DNA of 64,000 nt. Origin: an uncultured bacterium (GTDB taxonomy: Bacteria > Bacillota_I > Bacilli_A > RFN20 > CAG-826). A program made the translations under genes and the position numbers. The stretch is from positions 226-64,225 of the forward strand of contig CASDRB010000010.1 of assembly GCA_949283025.1 (NCBI GenBank), in the 5' to 3' direction. Positions 1 to 11,628 of the stretch are shown here, piece after piece. Every line of letters begins with the position of its first letter. Within the stretch, counting starts at the first letter, position 1. Below the pieces are notes generated by a model. The model was not told the DNA's origin. It was given only the letters and a program-made list of their open reading frames with translations, and did no database searches.

Positions 1-1206
1 CTTGTTTGAAATCAAATCAAGATAGCGACCATTATCTAACTCAATATTTCTTTTGATTCCATTAAAATTAAATATTCCATAAACAGGTTTTCCATCAACA
101 TCATCAAATTTAAACATCATCGTATTATCGTCTTTTTCTAAATATTCAAAGTTTTGATATTTTAAGAAAGCATCGCCTTTTTTAATATGAATTAATTTTT
201 TGACAAAATCATAAAAGTCTTTATCTATTAATTCTTTTTTAATAGGATCTTTTTCAAATAACTCTGGCTTATGTTTGTCTTTATATTCTTGACCAGCATA
301 TATGAATGCTGTTCCTTTATTTAATATCATATAAGCGGTTACATTATTTAAAACAATACCATCAACTTTTGAAGCTAGACGATCTTGATCGTGATTATCT
401 AGCGAGGTAGATTTGTTATAGTTTTTTGGCATTATTTCTTCTTGTTTGGATAAAGCTTCGTAATATGGTTTTAATGTGTTTACTTTTTTTAATAAATAAT
501 CGTTAATTTGATCAAAAGTATTATAACAATAAGACATATCAAATACTTCTGGCAATTGATATTCTTCAACGCCTTCAAACCCTAATGATTTATTCCATTT
601 TAAAAAGTCTGGATGAACTGATTCTGCTAAAAATATTGGCTTTTCACCAAGTTTTTCTCTAGCGCGTTTGAAAAATGATAAAGGAATTATTGAAGCGACG
701 TCAAATCTAAATCCATCTACTCCAATATCTAACCAATACTTTAATACTGAAATTAAATAATCCTGAACTTCTATTTTTGAAGTATCTAAATCGATGACGT
801 CAGACCAATCGCCACATCGATTTCCTAAATGGCCATTTTTATAATAATAGTATTCTGGATGTTTAGTTAAAATGACATTATCTGGAGATGTATGATTAAA
901 CACCATATCAATGATAATTTGCATTCCCATTTCATGCGTTTTTTTAATCAATGATTTAAATTCATCTAGTGTACCTAAATCATCAGAGATTGAAAAATAA
1001 TCTTTAATTGCGTATGGGCTTCCCCAACTACCTTTTCTTGCTTTGACTCCAATTGGATGAATTGGTGTTAAATAAATAATATCAATCCCTAAATCTTTGA
1101 TGCGATCTAAGTCGTTTTCAACTGTGATAAATCTTCCTTGCTTTGAATAATTTCTTACAAAAATTTGATAAATTGTCTTTTGATTTAAATCATATTTTAT
1201 ATCCAT
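1..1206 (-). CDS. GH13 alpha-amylase family glycoside hydrolase (3' end runs off the window)
   Basis: Manual minus-strand translation from ATG at 1206 (SD AGGAG upstream): IYQIFVRNY, GSPYAIKDY, DMVFNHTS, GVDGFRFDVAS, AESVH, DNHD are GH13 conserved regions. Not in the ORF track because the stop lies outside the window. Confidence 0.9.
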   Translation of the reverse strand, partial: MDIKYDLNQKTIYQIFVRNYSKQGRFITVENDLDRIKDLGIDIIYLTPIHPIGVKARKGSWGSPYAIKDYFSISDDLGTLDEFKSLIKKTHEMGMQIIIDMVFNHTSPDNVILTKHPEYYYYKNGHLGNRCGDWSDVIDLDTSKIEVQDYLISVLKYWLDIGVDGFRFDVASIIPLSFFKRAREKLGEKPIFLAESVHPDFLKWNKSLGFEGVEEYQLPEVFDMSYCYNTFDQINDYLLKKVNTLKPYYEALSKQEEIMPKNYNKSTSLDNHDQDRLASKVDGIVLNNVTAYMILNKGTAFIYAGQEYKDKHKPELFEKDPIKKELIDKDFYDFVKKLIHIKKGDAFLKYQNFEYLEKDDNTMMFKFDDVDGKPVYGIFNFNGIKRNIELDNGRYLDLISNK

Positions 1207-1338
1207 AGTTTTTGTCTCCTGATTTGATTATAGCTTAATAAGAAAAATAAAAAACAAAAATTTAAAAATTTTTTTAAAAGCTAAACATGTTTAATTTACA
1301 AACCAATTTATTATGCTATAATGCCAACGAGGAAATAT

Positions 1339-1914
1339 ATGAAATTAGTCGTCGGTTTAGGCAATCCAGGAAAAAAATATGAAAAGACTCGTCACAATAT
1401 GGGCTTTATGGTTGTTGATGAGTTTTGCGACATCGCTCAAATTGATTGCGATAAAGAAGTTTTCAATGGTTTGATGGGTCGCGCTAAATTGTTTGACGAC
1501 GACATAATCTTTTTTAAGCCGACAACTTATATGAATCTAAGCGGCAACGCCGTAATTCAAGTCGTCAATTATTTTAAAATTGCGCTTGAAGACATCATTG
1601 TTATTTATGATGATATGGCAATTAAACCAGGTAACATTCGTTTAAGAGTAGGAGGTTCTTCTGGCGGTCAAAAAGGGATGCAAGACATTATTGATAAGTT
1701 GCATAGTCAAGATATCAAACGCATCCGTATCGGCATAGGCGAACCGACATATCACGACGTGGTCGATTATGTTTTATCAAAACCAGTCGATGAAGAAAAA
1801 ACTGCAATCGAAAATGCAATTCATAAAGCTGTACTAGCTTTAAAAGAAGCATTAAAATCCTCGTTTAATAAAGCGATGTCGTTGTATAATTGCAACACTG
1901 ATGAATCTATTTGA
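1339..1914 (+). CDS. pth: Peptidyl-tRNA hydrolase
   Basis: MKLVVGLGNPG..Y..TRHN.GF, KPTTYMNLSG; SD GAGG before ATG 1339. Confidence 0.96.
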   Translation: MKLVVGLGNPGKKYEKTRHNMGFMVVDEFCDIAQIDCDKEVFNGLMGRAKLFDDDIIFFKPTTYMNLSGNAVIQVVNYFKIALEDIIVIYDDMAIKPGNIRLRVGGSSGGQKGMQDIIDKLHSQDIKRIRIGIGEPTYHDVVDYVLSKPVDEEKTAIENAIHKAVLALKEALKSSFNKAMSLYNCNTDESI

Positions 1915-4900
1915 GTTATTAAAAACCAATCGATTAACCCCCCTCCTTGAAAGTCAAGGTGGGCGTTTTGTCGTGGATGAAATACTTGGAAGCGCTTTTT
2001 TAATTGCGGCTTCTTATAAAAATAAAAAACAAAAATTTTTCATTTTAGTTTCTAATTTATATAAAGCACAGCAACTATATTCGGTATTATCTAGTTTTGT
2101 TGATCAAGATAAAATTGTCTTATTTCCAAATGATGAATTAATTAGAGCGGAAGCTGTCGCTGAAAACAATGAATTATCGGCTCAAAGAGTTTATGCTTTA
2201 TCGATGATTTTAAAAGGTGATGTCGATATTATTATTTCTAATGTTGTTGCTTCAATAAGATTTTTACCTAATAAACAAGTTTTTCAGGATTCGTTTTTTA
2301 CTTTAAAAATAGGTGATAAATTAAATATTAAGACCTTAAAAAACCGTTTAGTGGAAAATGGGTATAGATTAGTAAATAAAATTGACCAGTCCTTACAATT
2401 TGCTGTTCGAGGGGATATTATTGACATTTTTTCAATCAACTTAAATAATCCTGTAAGAATCGAATTATTTGATGACGAAATTGAATCGATACGATATTTT
2501 GATATCGCTAATCAAACTTCTTATCAAAAAATCGACCAAGTGGAAATTTTGCCTGCTTCAGATTTAATTTTAGATCAAAATGATATCAAAAAAGGAATCA
2601 ATAAATTGGAGTCAAAATTAAGCCAAGAAATTGAAAATCTTGATCTAGAATCTCAGCAACGATTAACTGATAAAATTAAAGAGATATGTGGCCAATTGTT
2701 AGAAAATAATTTTTCACATGCTTTATATAAATACTATAGTATCTTGTGTTCAAATTGTTGTTCTATTTTTGATTATGTTAACCAATATCATAAAATCGTT
2801 ATTGATTCAGAAAGCGTTAAAAATGAAAATTCATTATTGATGTTTGAATCTGGCGAATATTTGTTTGATTTATATGAAAATCATGAATGTTTATCCGGTT
2901 TAAATTTATATTATGATTTAAATCGTTTGATAAATTTAGAAAAGTTTACTCGCTTTGAAAGTTTTAAAAAAGATTTAAATGATGAAGAATATCATCTATA
3001 TCCTTTAACTTTGTCAATATCTAAACCTGACGATATTTTAAATATTATTCATTCGTATTTAAATCAAGACTATAAAATTTTAGTTTTTTTAAATACTAAT
3101 GAACATATCAATGCATTGGAAGAATTATTAATTAAAGATAATTTACCATTTGAAAAGTTTAAGGGTTTTGAATTGCCTTTAAAAAGTAAAATCGCAATCG
3201 ATTTTGCCTATTTAAACAATGGTTGCGAATTTAAAGATGAAAAAGTGGTCATTTTAACTTCTAAAGAATTATTTAATAGTAAAATTCATTCGTATCGATA
3301 TTCTTCTAAATATAAAGAAGGCACCATTTTAAGATCTTATGAAGATTTAAATCCTGGCGATTATGTAGTTCATGAATACCAAGGCATCGGTAGGTTTGAT
3401 GAACTGGTGACCTTAGAAGTGGACGGAATGCATCGCGATTTTTTAAAAATAACTTACGCAAAAGATGAAATATTATATGTTCCTTTATCTCAATTTCAAT
3501 TAGTAAGAAAATATGTTGGAAAAGAAGGCGCTAGTCCTAAGTTAACTAAACTTCATTCTTCTGATTGGGAAAAGACCAAACAAAAGATAAAAGAAAAAGT
3601 TAATGATTTAGCTAATCGATTGTATTTACTTTACAAAGCTAGAAGCCAAATTAAAGGTTTTGGTTTTAATGCAGACGATGAATTTCAAGCCCAATTTGAA
3701 TCTGAATGCCCGTTTGAATTAACTAACGACCAGGTCAAATCTTTAAATGACATCAAAAAGGACATGGAATCTCCCTATCCTATGGATAGACTATTATGTG
3801 GAGACGTTGGTTTTGGAAAAACAGAAGTAGCCTTTAGAGCTGCCTTTAAAGCTATCAATTCTGGCAAGCAAGTAGCAATATTATGCCCAACAACTATACT
3901 TGCAAGACAACATTATGAAAGAGCGTTGCAACGCTTTGCTTCATTTGATATTAAAATAGCGTTATTTTCTCGTTTAGTTCCAATAAAAAAACAAAATGAA
4001 TATATTGAAGATATTTTGCTTGGGAAGATTCATTTAGTCATCGGGACCCATCGCCTTTTATCAAAAGATATTGTCTTTGACAATTTGGGGTTACTAATTG
4101 TTGATGAAGAGCAAAGATTTGGAGTGGAGCAAAAAGAAAGACTTAAAGAGTTAAAATCAAATGTTGATGTTTTAACTTTATCAGCCACTCCAATTCCTAG
4201 AACGTTACAAATTTCATTAGTAGGAATGAGAAGTCTGTCGTTAATTAATACTGCTCCAAGCAATAGAATGCCAGTTCAAACCTATGTCATTCCTTATAAA
4301 GAAGGAGTTATTAAAGAATTAATTGAAAGAGAATTATCTAGGAACGGACAAGTTTTTTATTTACACAATCGCGTATCTTCTTTATATGGTGTAGCAGCTC
4401 GCATTCAAAAACAAATTCCTCATGCGGTTGTCGGGGTAGCTCATGGGCAAATGGAAAAAGAGGCTATCGAAGATGTGATGATGCGATTTTATGCTAATGA
4501 AATTAATGTTTTAGTATGCACATCAATTATTGAAAACGGGATAGATGTGCCTAATGCTAATATGATTATTGTTGAAAATGCAGATATGTATGGTTTGTCA
4601 CAACTTTATCAAATCAAAGGACGTGTTGGTAGATCAAATCGCATTGCATATGCCTATTTGCTTTATAACGAAAATAAAATTTTAAATGAAACTGCTAGTA
4701 AGCGCTTAAAAGCTATCAAAGAGTTTACTGCATTAGGAAGTGGATATAAAATTGCCCAACGCGATTTGATGATACGTGGGGCAGGAGATATTTTAGGTCC
4801 TGATCAAGCCGGGTTTATTGATTCCATTGGATTAGATATGTACATCAAATTGTTAAATGAGGCGGTCAAAGATAAATTAGATGGAGGCCAATTAGAAAAC

Positions 4901-5377
4901 GAGGCAAACAAAAAAGAAGATATCGTTTCTGAACTGGATATTGATGCTTACATACCTGCAAATTACGCTACACAAAGCGATAAGATTGAATTATATCAAA
5001 GCATTCAAAATTGTCATGATTTTGAGATGTTGGCAAATTTAAAAATAAAAACAAGAGATATTTATGGCAAATTGCCTACGCCTGTTGAGTATTTATTTAT
5101 TAAACAAGAAGTGGATATTTTAATTAAAGATAGCCAAGTTGAAAATGTACAAGTTTACTCGACATATATTGAAATTATTTTAGGTGATTTATTTTTAAAC
5201 ATAAAAGGTATTGGCAATATCTTATTTGAAGCGATGATTCCATTCATATCTTTTTGCAAAATAACTTATTTAAATCGTATTTTTAAGATTCATGCAAATA
5301 AAAGAAAAACATGGCTAAATGATTTAAAAGAAATGCTTTTAGTCTTAAAAAATATTCAAGATGGTGTTAAAAAATAA
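1901..5377 (+). CDS. mfd: Transcription-repair coupling factor
   Basis: UvrB-like N-terminus, GDYVVHEYQGIG (RID), CGDVGFGKT, DEEQRFG, SATPIPRTL, GRVGRS; follows pth. Confidence 0.97.
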   Translation: MNLFELLKTNRLTPLLESQGGRFVVDEILGSAFLIAASYKNKKQKFFILVSNLYKAQQLYSVLSSFVDQDKIVLFPNDELIRAEAVAENNELSAQRVYALSMILKGDVDIIISNVVASIRFLPNKQVFQDSFFTLKIGDKLNIKTLKNRLVENGYRLVNKIDQSLQFAVRGDIIDIFSINLNNPVRIELFDDEIESIRYFDIANQTSYQKIDQVEILPASDLILDQNDIKKGINKLESKLSQEIENLDLESQQRLTDKIKEICGQLLENNFSHALYKYYSILCSNCCSIFDYVNQYHKIVIDSESVKNENSLLMFESGEYLFDLYENHECLSGLNLYYDLNRLINLEKFTRFESFKKDLNDEEYHLYPLTLSISKPDDILNIIHSYLNQDYKILVFLNTNEHINALEELLIKDNLPFEKFKGFELPLKSKIAIDFAYLNNGCEFKDEKVVILTSKELFNSKIHSYRYSSKYKEGTILRSYEDLNPGDYVVHEYQGIGRFDELVTLEVDGMHRDFLKITYAKDEILYVPLSQFQLVRKYVGKEGASPKLTKLHSSDWEKTKQKIKEKVNDLANRLYLLYKARSQIKGFGFNADDEFQAQFESECPFELTNDQVKSLNDIKKDMESPYPMDRLLCGDVGFGKTEVAFRAAFKAINSGKQVAILCPTTILARQHYERALQRFASFDIKIALFSRLVPIKKQNEYIEDILLGKIHLVIGTHRLLSKDIVFDNLGLLIVDEEQRFGVEQKERLKELKSNVDVLTLSATPIPRTLQISLVGMRSLSLINTAPSNRMPVQTYVIPYKEGVIKELIERELSRNGQVFYLHNRVSSLYGVAARIQKQIPHAVVGVAHGQMEKEAIEDVMMRFYANEINVLVCTSIIENGIDVPNANMIIVENADMYGLSQLYQIKGRVGRSNRIAYAYLLYNENKILNETASKRLKAIKEFTALGSGYKIAQRDLMIRGAGDILGPDQAGFIDSIGLDMYIKLLNEAVKDKLDGGQLENEANKKEDIVSELDIDAYIPANYATQSDKIELYQSIQNCHDFEMLANLKIKTRDIYGKLPTPVEYLFIKQEVDILIKDSQVENVQVYSTYIEIILGDLFLNIKGIGNILFEAMIPFISFCKITYLNRIFKIHANKRKTWLNDLKEMLLVLKNIQDGVKK

Positions 5378-5379
5378 TT

Positions 5380-5643
5380 ATGGTTAGAATTGATCGATTT
5401 TTATCTGCGTGCAAAATCTATAAAAAAAGAAGTTTAGCAAAAAAAGCACTTGACGACGGACTGGTAGAAGTTAATTATAAAAAAGCTAAACCATCAACCA
5501 TTATTAAAAACGGTGATGACATCCGTCTATATTTGGGTTTAAATATAATCGTTATTAAAGCAATCATTGAAAAGCATGAAAATAAATATTATGTTAGTTA
5601 TCAATTAGTTTTTTCTCAAAATCAAAGTGTGCCATTATGTTGA
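5380..5643 (+). CDS. S4-domain RNA-binding protein (YabO/RqcP/Hsp15-like)
   Basis: RIDRFL...KKRSLAK...V.VN.KKAKPS..IK.GD; conserved mfd-tilS context. Confidence 0.85.
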   Translation: MVRIDRFLSACKIYKKRSLAKKALDDGLVEVNYKKAKPSTIIKNGDDIRLYLGLNIIVIKAIIEKHENKYYVSYQLVFSQNQSVPLC

Positions 5644-6851
5644 AATTAGACAAATCAAAAAAATATTTACTCGCTTGTTCTTTTGGACCAGATTCCATGG
5701 CTCTTTTTGATATGTTAAAAAAACAAGGATATCGTTTTATGGTTGGCCACGTCAATTATGGAGCGAGACAAGAAGCTGCTCAAGAGACGATGGATTTGAA
5801 TGATTATTGTGGCTTAAATGATGTCGAAATTGAAATTTTTTATTGCAAAATCCCTATAAATAGTACGAATTTTGAAGCAAGAGCTAGAGAAATTAGATAC
5901 GAATTTTTCAAAAAAATATATGATCAATATCATTTGGATGGATTAATTGTGGGTCATCAGCAAGATGATTTTATTGAAACATATTATTTGCAAAGAAAAC
6001 GCGGCGGGTTTGTAGAGAGATATGGAATAATGCCTTTTACAAAATTATACGGGATGAATGTGTATAGACCTTTATTAGATTATTCTAAACAATCACTTTT
6101 AGATTATTGCCAACAATATAAAGTTCCTTATGCGATTGATCAATCAAATTTTAGCCAAGATTTTTCAAGAAATATTGTCAGGGCTAATATCGTTTCAAAA
6201 ATGAGTAAACAGGAACGTGAGCAAACTATTTTAGAAATTAAGCAACTCAATGAAGAAATCGATGATATCTATCAAAAAATATTGAGCAAGGATATTAATT
6301 GCGTCAAAGATTTGTTGCTGTTAAATGATGAAGAACTTCAAAGAGCTTTAGTTTTAAAAGCTAGAAAAATAGAAGATGGGGCGTTTGTTTCTTCTTCTTT
6401 ATGCCAAGAAATTAAAAAAATATTACAATCAGATAAACCAAATGTATCATTTAAAATACATAAAGGATTGATTTTTGTTAAAGAATATGAGTGGTGCGAT
6501 TTTATTAACGAACATCGCGACGTGGTTTTCAATTTTATAATTGATAGACCTAAGGTAATGGAAACATCGTATTTTTATCTTGATTTTAGGTCGGATACCA
6601 AACAGCAAAACATCACTCTTGAAGATTATCCTTTGACCATTAGAAGTCCAAAAAATGATGATGAAATCACTATTTCAAATTATACGGTCGAATTAAGAAG
6701 ATTGTTTATTGATTGGAAAATGCCTGCATCGTTAAGAAAACGTTGGCCGGTCATATTAAACAAAGATGGCAAAATTATCTATGTACCTAGATATCGCAAA
6801 AATTTTAAAATAATAGAAGGGCTTAACTTTTATGTTAAGACGGATAAATAA
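5637..6851 (+). CDS. tilS: tRNA(Ile)-lysidine synthetase
   Basis: PP-loop variant SFGPDS, HVNY, EARAR..RY, GHQQDD..ET, RPLL, C-terminal R.RWP domain; precedes ftsH. Confidence 0.93.
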   Translation: MLKLDKSKKYLLACSFGPDSMALFDMLKKQGYRFMVGHVNYGARQEAAQETMDLNDYCGLNDVEIEIFYCKIPINSTNFEARAREIRYEFFKKIYDQYHLDGLIVGHQQDDFIETYYLQRKRGGFVERYGIMPFTKLYGMNVYRPLLDYSKQSLLDYCQQYKVPYAIDQSNFSQDFSRNIVRANIVSKMSKQEREQTILEIKQLNEEIDDIYQKILSKDINCVKDLLLLNDEELQRALVLKARKIEDGAFVSSSLCQEIKKILQSDKPNVSFKIHKGLIFVKEYEWCDFINEHRDVVFNFIIDRPKVMETSYFYLDFRSDTKQQNITLEDYPLTIRSPKNDDEITISNYTVELRRLFIDWKMPASLRKRWPVILNKDGKIIYVPRYRKNFKIIEGLNFYVKTDK

Positions 6852-6997
6852 TATTTGTTAAGATTAACTATGTTAATCGGCTATTTAAAAACGCTTTTTG
6901 ATTGAATTAAATACCATTTTTTATATAATTATCTCATTGCAATATTTTATAATTAATAAATATTGTAATCGTCTTAAAAGGCGGAAAGGAGGATTAC

Positions 6998-9043
6998 ATG
7001 GCAGATAATCCGCAAAAAAAGAAAAGTTCATGGGGGTTCTTACTCTCATTTATTGTCGTTATATCAATTTTAAGTATTTTAATTTGGTTTTTATTTTTTG
7101 GAACATCTCGTTCGGTGACATTATCAAGAGATGAATATGTAAATATTGCAATGAATGATCGCGTTACCGAAGTAGTGATAACCGATTATAACAATTCCAC
7201 TATTGAAATTGAGGGTACTTATAAAACATACGAACCATCAAATGCTAATGGCGGGAAAAATCAAAACTTCAAGATGACCCTTCTTTCTGAGCAATGGTTT
7301 GCTCAATATGATTATGTTTATATTTTAGATGGTGATTCCACTCAAACAGAAATCAATATTGGACCGACTTCTTTAGACTTAATAACTAATGAACATGTTG
7401 CCAAAATCTCATACACCAATCCATATATTCAAACATTTTGGGATGCGTGGGGTCCAACTATCATTCTTGGTGTTGTATCAATCGTTATTGTTATTATCTT
7501 GTTTTCAGTATTTTCTAAAAGTGTGGGTGGTGCTAATAGCAAAGCGTTGGAATTCAATCGCTCGCGGGCAAGAAGAGAAAATGCATCAAAAGTTAGATTT
7601 TCTGATGTAGCTGGTGCCGATGAAGAAAAATTGGAAATGCAAGAATTGGTCGCTTATTTAAAAGAACCAAAAAAATTCTCTAAATTTGGCGCTAAATTAC
7701 CTAAAGGCGTTTTATTGGTGGGGCCACCAGGATGTGGAAAAACATTATTAGCTAAAGCTGTGGCCGGCGAAGCTGGCGTACCATTTTATTCAATTTCTGG
7801 TTCTGACTTTGTTGAGATGTTTGTCGGTGTCGGTGCTGGACGTGTTAGAGATATGTTTAAAGTGGCAAAAGAAAATGCTCCGTGCTTAATTTTTATTGAT
7901 GAAATTGATGCTGTTGGTCGTCAAAGAGGAGCTGGATTAGGCGGCGGAAACGACGAAAGAGAACAAACATTAAACCAATTATTAGTGGAAATGGATGGGT
8001 TCTCTGATAATTCTGGAATAATTGTCATCGCAGCAACTAATAGAGACGATGTATTGGATCCGGCTTTATTGCGTGCTGGACGTTTTGATAGACGTATTAC
8101 CGTGTCTTTGCCAGATCGACAAGGCCGCGCTGATATTTTAAAAGTTCATGCTAGAAACAAACATTTAGCACCAGATGTAGATTTTGATGCTCTTGCCAAA
8201 AGAACAGTTGGTTTTAGTGGAGCTGATTTAGAAAATGTCTTAAATGAGGCTGCGATTTTAGCTGTGCGTCGAAACGAAGAATATATTACTGTTGATGATA
8301 TTGATGAAGCAATTGATCGTCGTATTTCTGGTCCTGCTAAATCTTCTCGTTCTTTAAACGCTCATGAAAGAAAAGCAATCGCTTATCATGAAGCTGGACA
8401 TGCTGTTATCGGATTATTTTTACCTCATTCAGATAAAGTACAAAAAATTACCATTATTCCTCGTGGAAACACTGGAGGTCATGTATTAATGACTCCTGAA
8501 GACGATCGATTCTTGTTAACTAAAAAAGAATTAGAAGCGCGAATTGTTGGATATTTAGGTGGAAGAACTTCAGAAGAAATATTCTTTGATGATATTTCAA
8601 CTGGCGCTCAAAATGATATTGAAGTTGCAACAAGAATAGCGCGTATGATGGTCACAGAATTGGGTATGTCTAAATTAGGGCCAATTCAATATGAACGTGA
8701 TACTGGAAGCGTCTTCCTTGGAAGAGATTACACTTCAAGTCAAAGAAATTTCTCTTCGCAAGTTGCGGTTGAAATTGATAAAGAAATTCGTAACATCATT
8801 GAAAACGCCCATTCTAAAGCACGTGAGATTTTAGAAAAACATCGAGATGATGTTATCTTGATTGCTGAGACGTTGCTTGATAAAGAAACTATTACTGCTG
8901 AAGAAATTGACATCTTATTAAAAGATCGCAAGTTGCCTTCAAAAGTAAAACCGGTTGTCGAAAATCAAGAGCAACCAGCTGCGAAAACTAATGAAGATGT
9001 TAAGCAGCCGGAAACTGATGAACAACCAAAAGTTGAAAAATAA
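6998..9043 (+). CDS. ftsH: ATP-dependent zinc metalloprotease FtsH
   Basis: Two TM helices, [17 protein letters not shown] motif, HEAGH; SD AGGAGG. Confidence 0.98.
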   Translation: MADNPQKKKSSWGFLLSFIVVISILSILIWFLFFGTSRSVTLSRDEYVNIAMNDRVTEVVITDYNNSTIEIEGTYKTYEPSNANGGKNQNFKMTLLSEQWFAQYDYVYILDGDSTQTEINIGPTSLDLITNEHVAKISYTNPYIQTFWDAWGPTIILGVVSIVIVIILFSVFSKSVGGANSKALEFNRSRARRENASKVRFSDVAGADEEKLEMQELVAYLKEPKKFSKFGAKLPKGVLLVGPPGCGKTLLAKAVAGEAGVPFYSISGSDFVEMFVGVGAGRVRDMFKVAKENAPCLIFIDEIDAVGRQRGAGLGGGNDEREQTLNQLLVEMDGFSDNSGIIVIAATNRDDVLDPALLRAGRFDRRITVSLPDRQGRADILKVHARNKHLAPDVDFDALAKRTVGFSGADLENVLNEAAILAVRRNEEYITVDDIDEAIDRRISGPAKSSRSLNAHERKAIAYHEAGHAVIGLFLPHSDKVQKITIIPRGNTGGHVLMTPEDDRFLLTKKELEARIVGYLGGRTSEEIFFDDISTGAQNDIEVATRIARMMVTELGMSKLGPIQYERDTGSVFLGRDYTSSQRNFSSQVAVEIDKEIRNIIENAHSKAREILEKHRDDVILIAETLLDKETITAEEIDILLKDRKLPSKVKPVVENQEQPAAKTNEDVKQPETDEQPKVEK

Positions 9044-9050
9044 ATTATTT

Positions 9051-9075
9051 AAGGAAGGCTCGTCCTTCCTTTTTT
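9051..9075 (+). terminator. Intrinsic terminator after ftsH
   Basis: AAGGAAGG-ctcgt-CCTTCCTT followed by T-tract. Confidence 0.8.
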
Positions 9076-9093
9076 AAAAGGACAACAAAGACA

Positions 9094-10071
9094 ATGTGGA
9101 AATTTGCAAACATAGAAGTCAAAAACAAAGTTGTGCTTGCTCCAATGGCGGGTGTGACTTTTTATTCATATCGAAAATTTATGTCCCAATTTAATGTTGG
9201 TTTGTTTTATTCGGAAATGGTTTCTGATTGTGGATTAATTTATGAAAATAAAATGACATTATCATATTTAAAAACCGATGTTAACGAGCATCCTTTCGGC
9301 GTTCAATTATTTGGAAATAATGCAGATACGATTATTAAAGCAATTGAGATAGTTAAACAAAGCGGATGTCAGTGCGATTTTATCGATATTAATTTAGGAT
9401 GCCCCGTTGATAAAGTAACCAAAGCAGGTTCAGGATCTGCTTTGTTAAAAGATGTAAAATACTTAAAAGATATGATGGAAAAAATCTGTCATGCCAGTCC
9501 TTGGCCAATCACCGCTAAAATTCGTTTAGGAATTGATGAAAAACACATTAATTTTTTCGAGGTTATCAATGCATTGCAAGATGCTGGTGTGTCAATGATT
9601 GCTTTACATGTTAGAACTAAAAAACAATTGTATTCAGGGAAGGCAGATTATAGCATCATCAAAGATCTTGGTCAAAAGATGAAAGTACCCTTAATTGTAA
9701 GTGGTGACATCTATACTTTAGATGATGCCATACACGCTATTGAAACTAGTAAAGCTAGCGCCGTAATGATTGCAAGAGGAGGAATCGGCAATCCGACGCT
9801 ATGCCGTCAAATAGATAGATTTTATCAAGATGGAACTAGATTAAAAGATGCAACGTTAGATGAACAAAAGCAATATTGCTTGCAATTGGCTAAAATGATG
9901 TGTGATGACAAAGGCGAAGAGGTGGCAATGCGTATATTTAGAAGTATTGGACCGCGTTTTTTTGCAGGATTTAATAATTCCAAACAATTGCGGGTGGCAA
10001 TTGCTAGTAAAATTACAACTTATCAAGAACTTGTCGAATTGTTAAAAAATTATCAAGAACTAACAATTTAG
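9094..10071 (+). CDS. dusB: tRNA-dihydrouridine synthase (DusB family)
   Basis: LAPMAG, INLGCP, GSGSALL, MIARG; precedes lysS. Confidence 0.9.
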   Translation: MWKFANIEVKNKVVLAPMAGVTFYSYRKFMSQFNVGLFYSEMVSDCGLIYENKMTLSYLKTDVNEHPFGVQLFGNNADTIIKAIEIVKQSGCQCDFIDINLGCPVDKVTKAGSGSALLKDVKYLKDMMEKICHASPWPITAKIRLGIDEKHINFFEVINALQDAGVSMIALHVRTKKQLYSGKADYSIIKDLGQKMKVPLIVSGDIYTLDDAIHAIETSKASAVMIARGGIGNPTLCRQIDRFYQDGTRLKDATLDEQKQYCLQLAKMMCDDKGEEVAMRIFRSIGPRFFAGFNNSKQLRVAIASKITTYQELVELLKNYQELTI

Positions 10072-10127
10072 ATATTATTTTCAAATTAATTAGTTATAAT
10101 TAAATAGTTAACGCAAAGGAGAAAATT

Positions 10128-11621
10128 ATGGACGAAAATCAAATCTTAAACGATCAAGAGTTAGCAAGAAGAGCAAAATTAGAAAAATATGAACAAAATG
10201 GAGTTGATCCATTTGGACATTCATTTAAAGTGAGCCATCATGCTGAAGATATTAAAAAATTATGTGCCAAAAAAACTCCTCTAGGTATTAAACGCATGCA
10301 TTTAAAAGTAGCTATTGCTGGCCGAATTATGGCAATTAGACGCATGGGCAAAGCCTCGTTTATCAACATTCAAGACAAGACAGGAAAAATGCAATGTTAC
10401 ATTGGAATTAACGATGTTGGCGTTAAGACATATGATGTTTTTAAACTCGCCGACATTGGCGATATTGTCGGTATTAATGGTGAAGTAATGACGACTAGAA
10501 CAGGCGAAATTACAGTTAAAACCTTAAAATTTACGCATTTAAGTAAGTCGCTAAAACCGCTTCCAGAAAAATTCCATGGTTTAACGGATGTCGAGGAAAG
10601 ATATCGTCATCGCTATGTTGATTTAATTATGAATGAAGACGCTAAAAATGTTGCGTTTATGAGACCTAAAATTATCCGTTGTATTCAAAATTTCTTAGAC
10701 AATCAAGGGTATGTTGAAGTCGAAACATCAGTATTATCTCCTATCTTAGGTGGAGCAAATGCTCGACCATTTGTTACACATCATAATACTTTAGATAAAG
10801 ATTTTTATTTACGTATTGCTACTGAATTACCATTGAAAAAATTACTCGTTGGCGGCATGGAAAGAGTATATGAGATAGGTCGTTTATTTAGAAACGAGGG
10901 TATGGACACAACTCATAATCCAGAATTCACCACTATTGAACTTTATGAAGCTTACGGCGATTTGCAATCAATGAGGCACATTGCTGAAAAAATGATTAGA
11001 AACATTGCTAAACGCGTTCGTGGCACAACCAAGATTGAATATAAAGGCAATACCATTGATTATGGCAAACCATTTAGATGGGTATCAATGGTGGATTTAA
11101 TTAAGGAAAAAACTGGTATTGATTTTTCTAAACAAATGAGTTATGAAGAAGCAAAAGCCTTAGCGGACCAACATCACATTAAATTAGATAAATTCAAAAA
11201 TAGTTTTGGCTATATCGTCAATGAATTTTTTGAAACATATTGTGAAGAAACACTCATTCAACCAACTTTTGTTTATTCTTATCCCATTGAAGTTTCTCCG
11301 TTGACAAAAAAAGGAAAAGATCCAAGATTTACCGAAAGATTTGAATTATTTGTCAATGGCAAAGAACTTGCAAATGCGTATACAGAATTAAATAACCCCA
11401 TCGATCAAAAAGAAAGATTTATCGCTCAATTAAAAGCTAAAGAATTGGGCGATGACGAAGCAAATGAGATGGATTATGACTTCTTAAATGCTTTAGAATA
11501 CGGCATGCCTCCAGCAGGCGGCATGGGAATTGGTATTGATCGCTTAGTCATGCTAATAACTGGTCAAGATTCTATTCGAGAAGTAATTTTATTCCCGACG
11601 ATGAGAGACAATAAAAAATAA
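10128..11621 (+). CDS. lysS: Lysine--tRNA ligase (class II)
   Basis: GGANARPF, YLRIATEL, FRNEG..HNPEF, GMPPAGGMGIGIDRL. Confidence 0.98.
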   Translation: MDENQILNDQELARRAKLEKYEQNGVDPFGHSFKVSHHAEDIKKLCAKKTPLGIKRMHLKVAIAGRIMAIRRMGKASFINIQDKTGKMQCYIGINDVGVKTYDVFKLADIGDIVGINGEVMTTRTGEITVKTLKFTHLSKSLKPLPEKFHGLTDVEERYRHRYVDLIMNEDAKNVAFMRPKIIRCIQNFLDNQGYVEVETSVLSPILGGANARPFVTHHNTLDKDFYLRIATELPLKKLLVGGMERVYEIGRLFRNEGMDTTHNPEFTTIELYEAYGDLQSMRHIAEKMIRNIAKRVRGTTKIEYKGNTIDYGKPFRWVSMVDLIKEKTGIDFSKQMSYEEAKALADQHHIKLDKFKNSFGYIVNEFFETYCEETLIQPTFVYSYPIEVSPLTKKGKDPRFTERFELFVNGKELANAYTELNNPIDQKERFIAQLKAKELGDDEANEMDYDFLNALEYGMPPAGGMGIGIDRLVMLITGQDSIREVILFPTMRDNKK

Positions 11622-11628
11622 TGATAAC

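Noticed and set aside
10072..10127. T-box leaders before lysS or asnS
   Set aside because: The leaders are only about 50 nt and contain no T-box motif.
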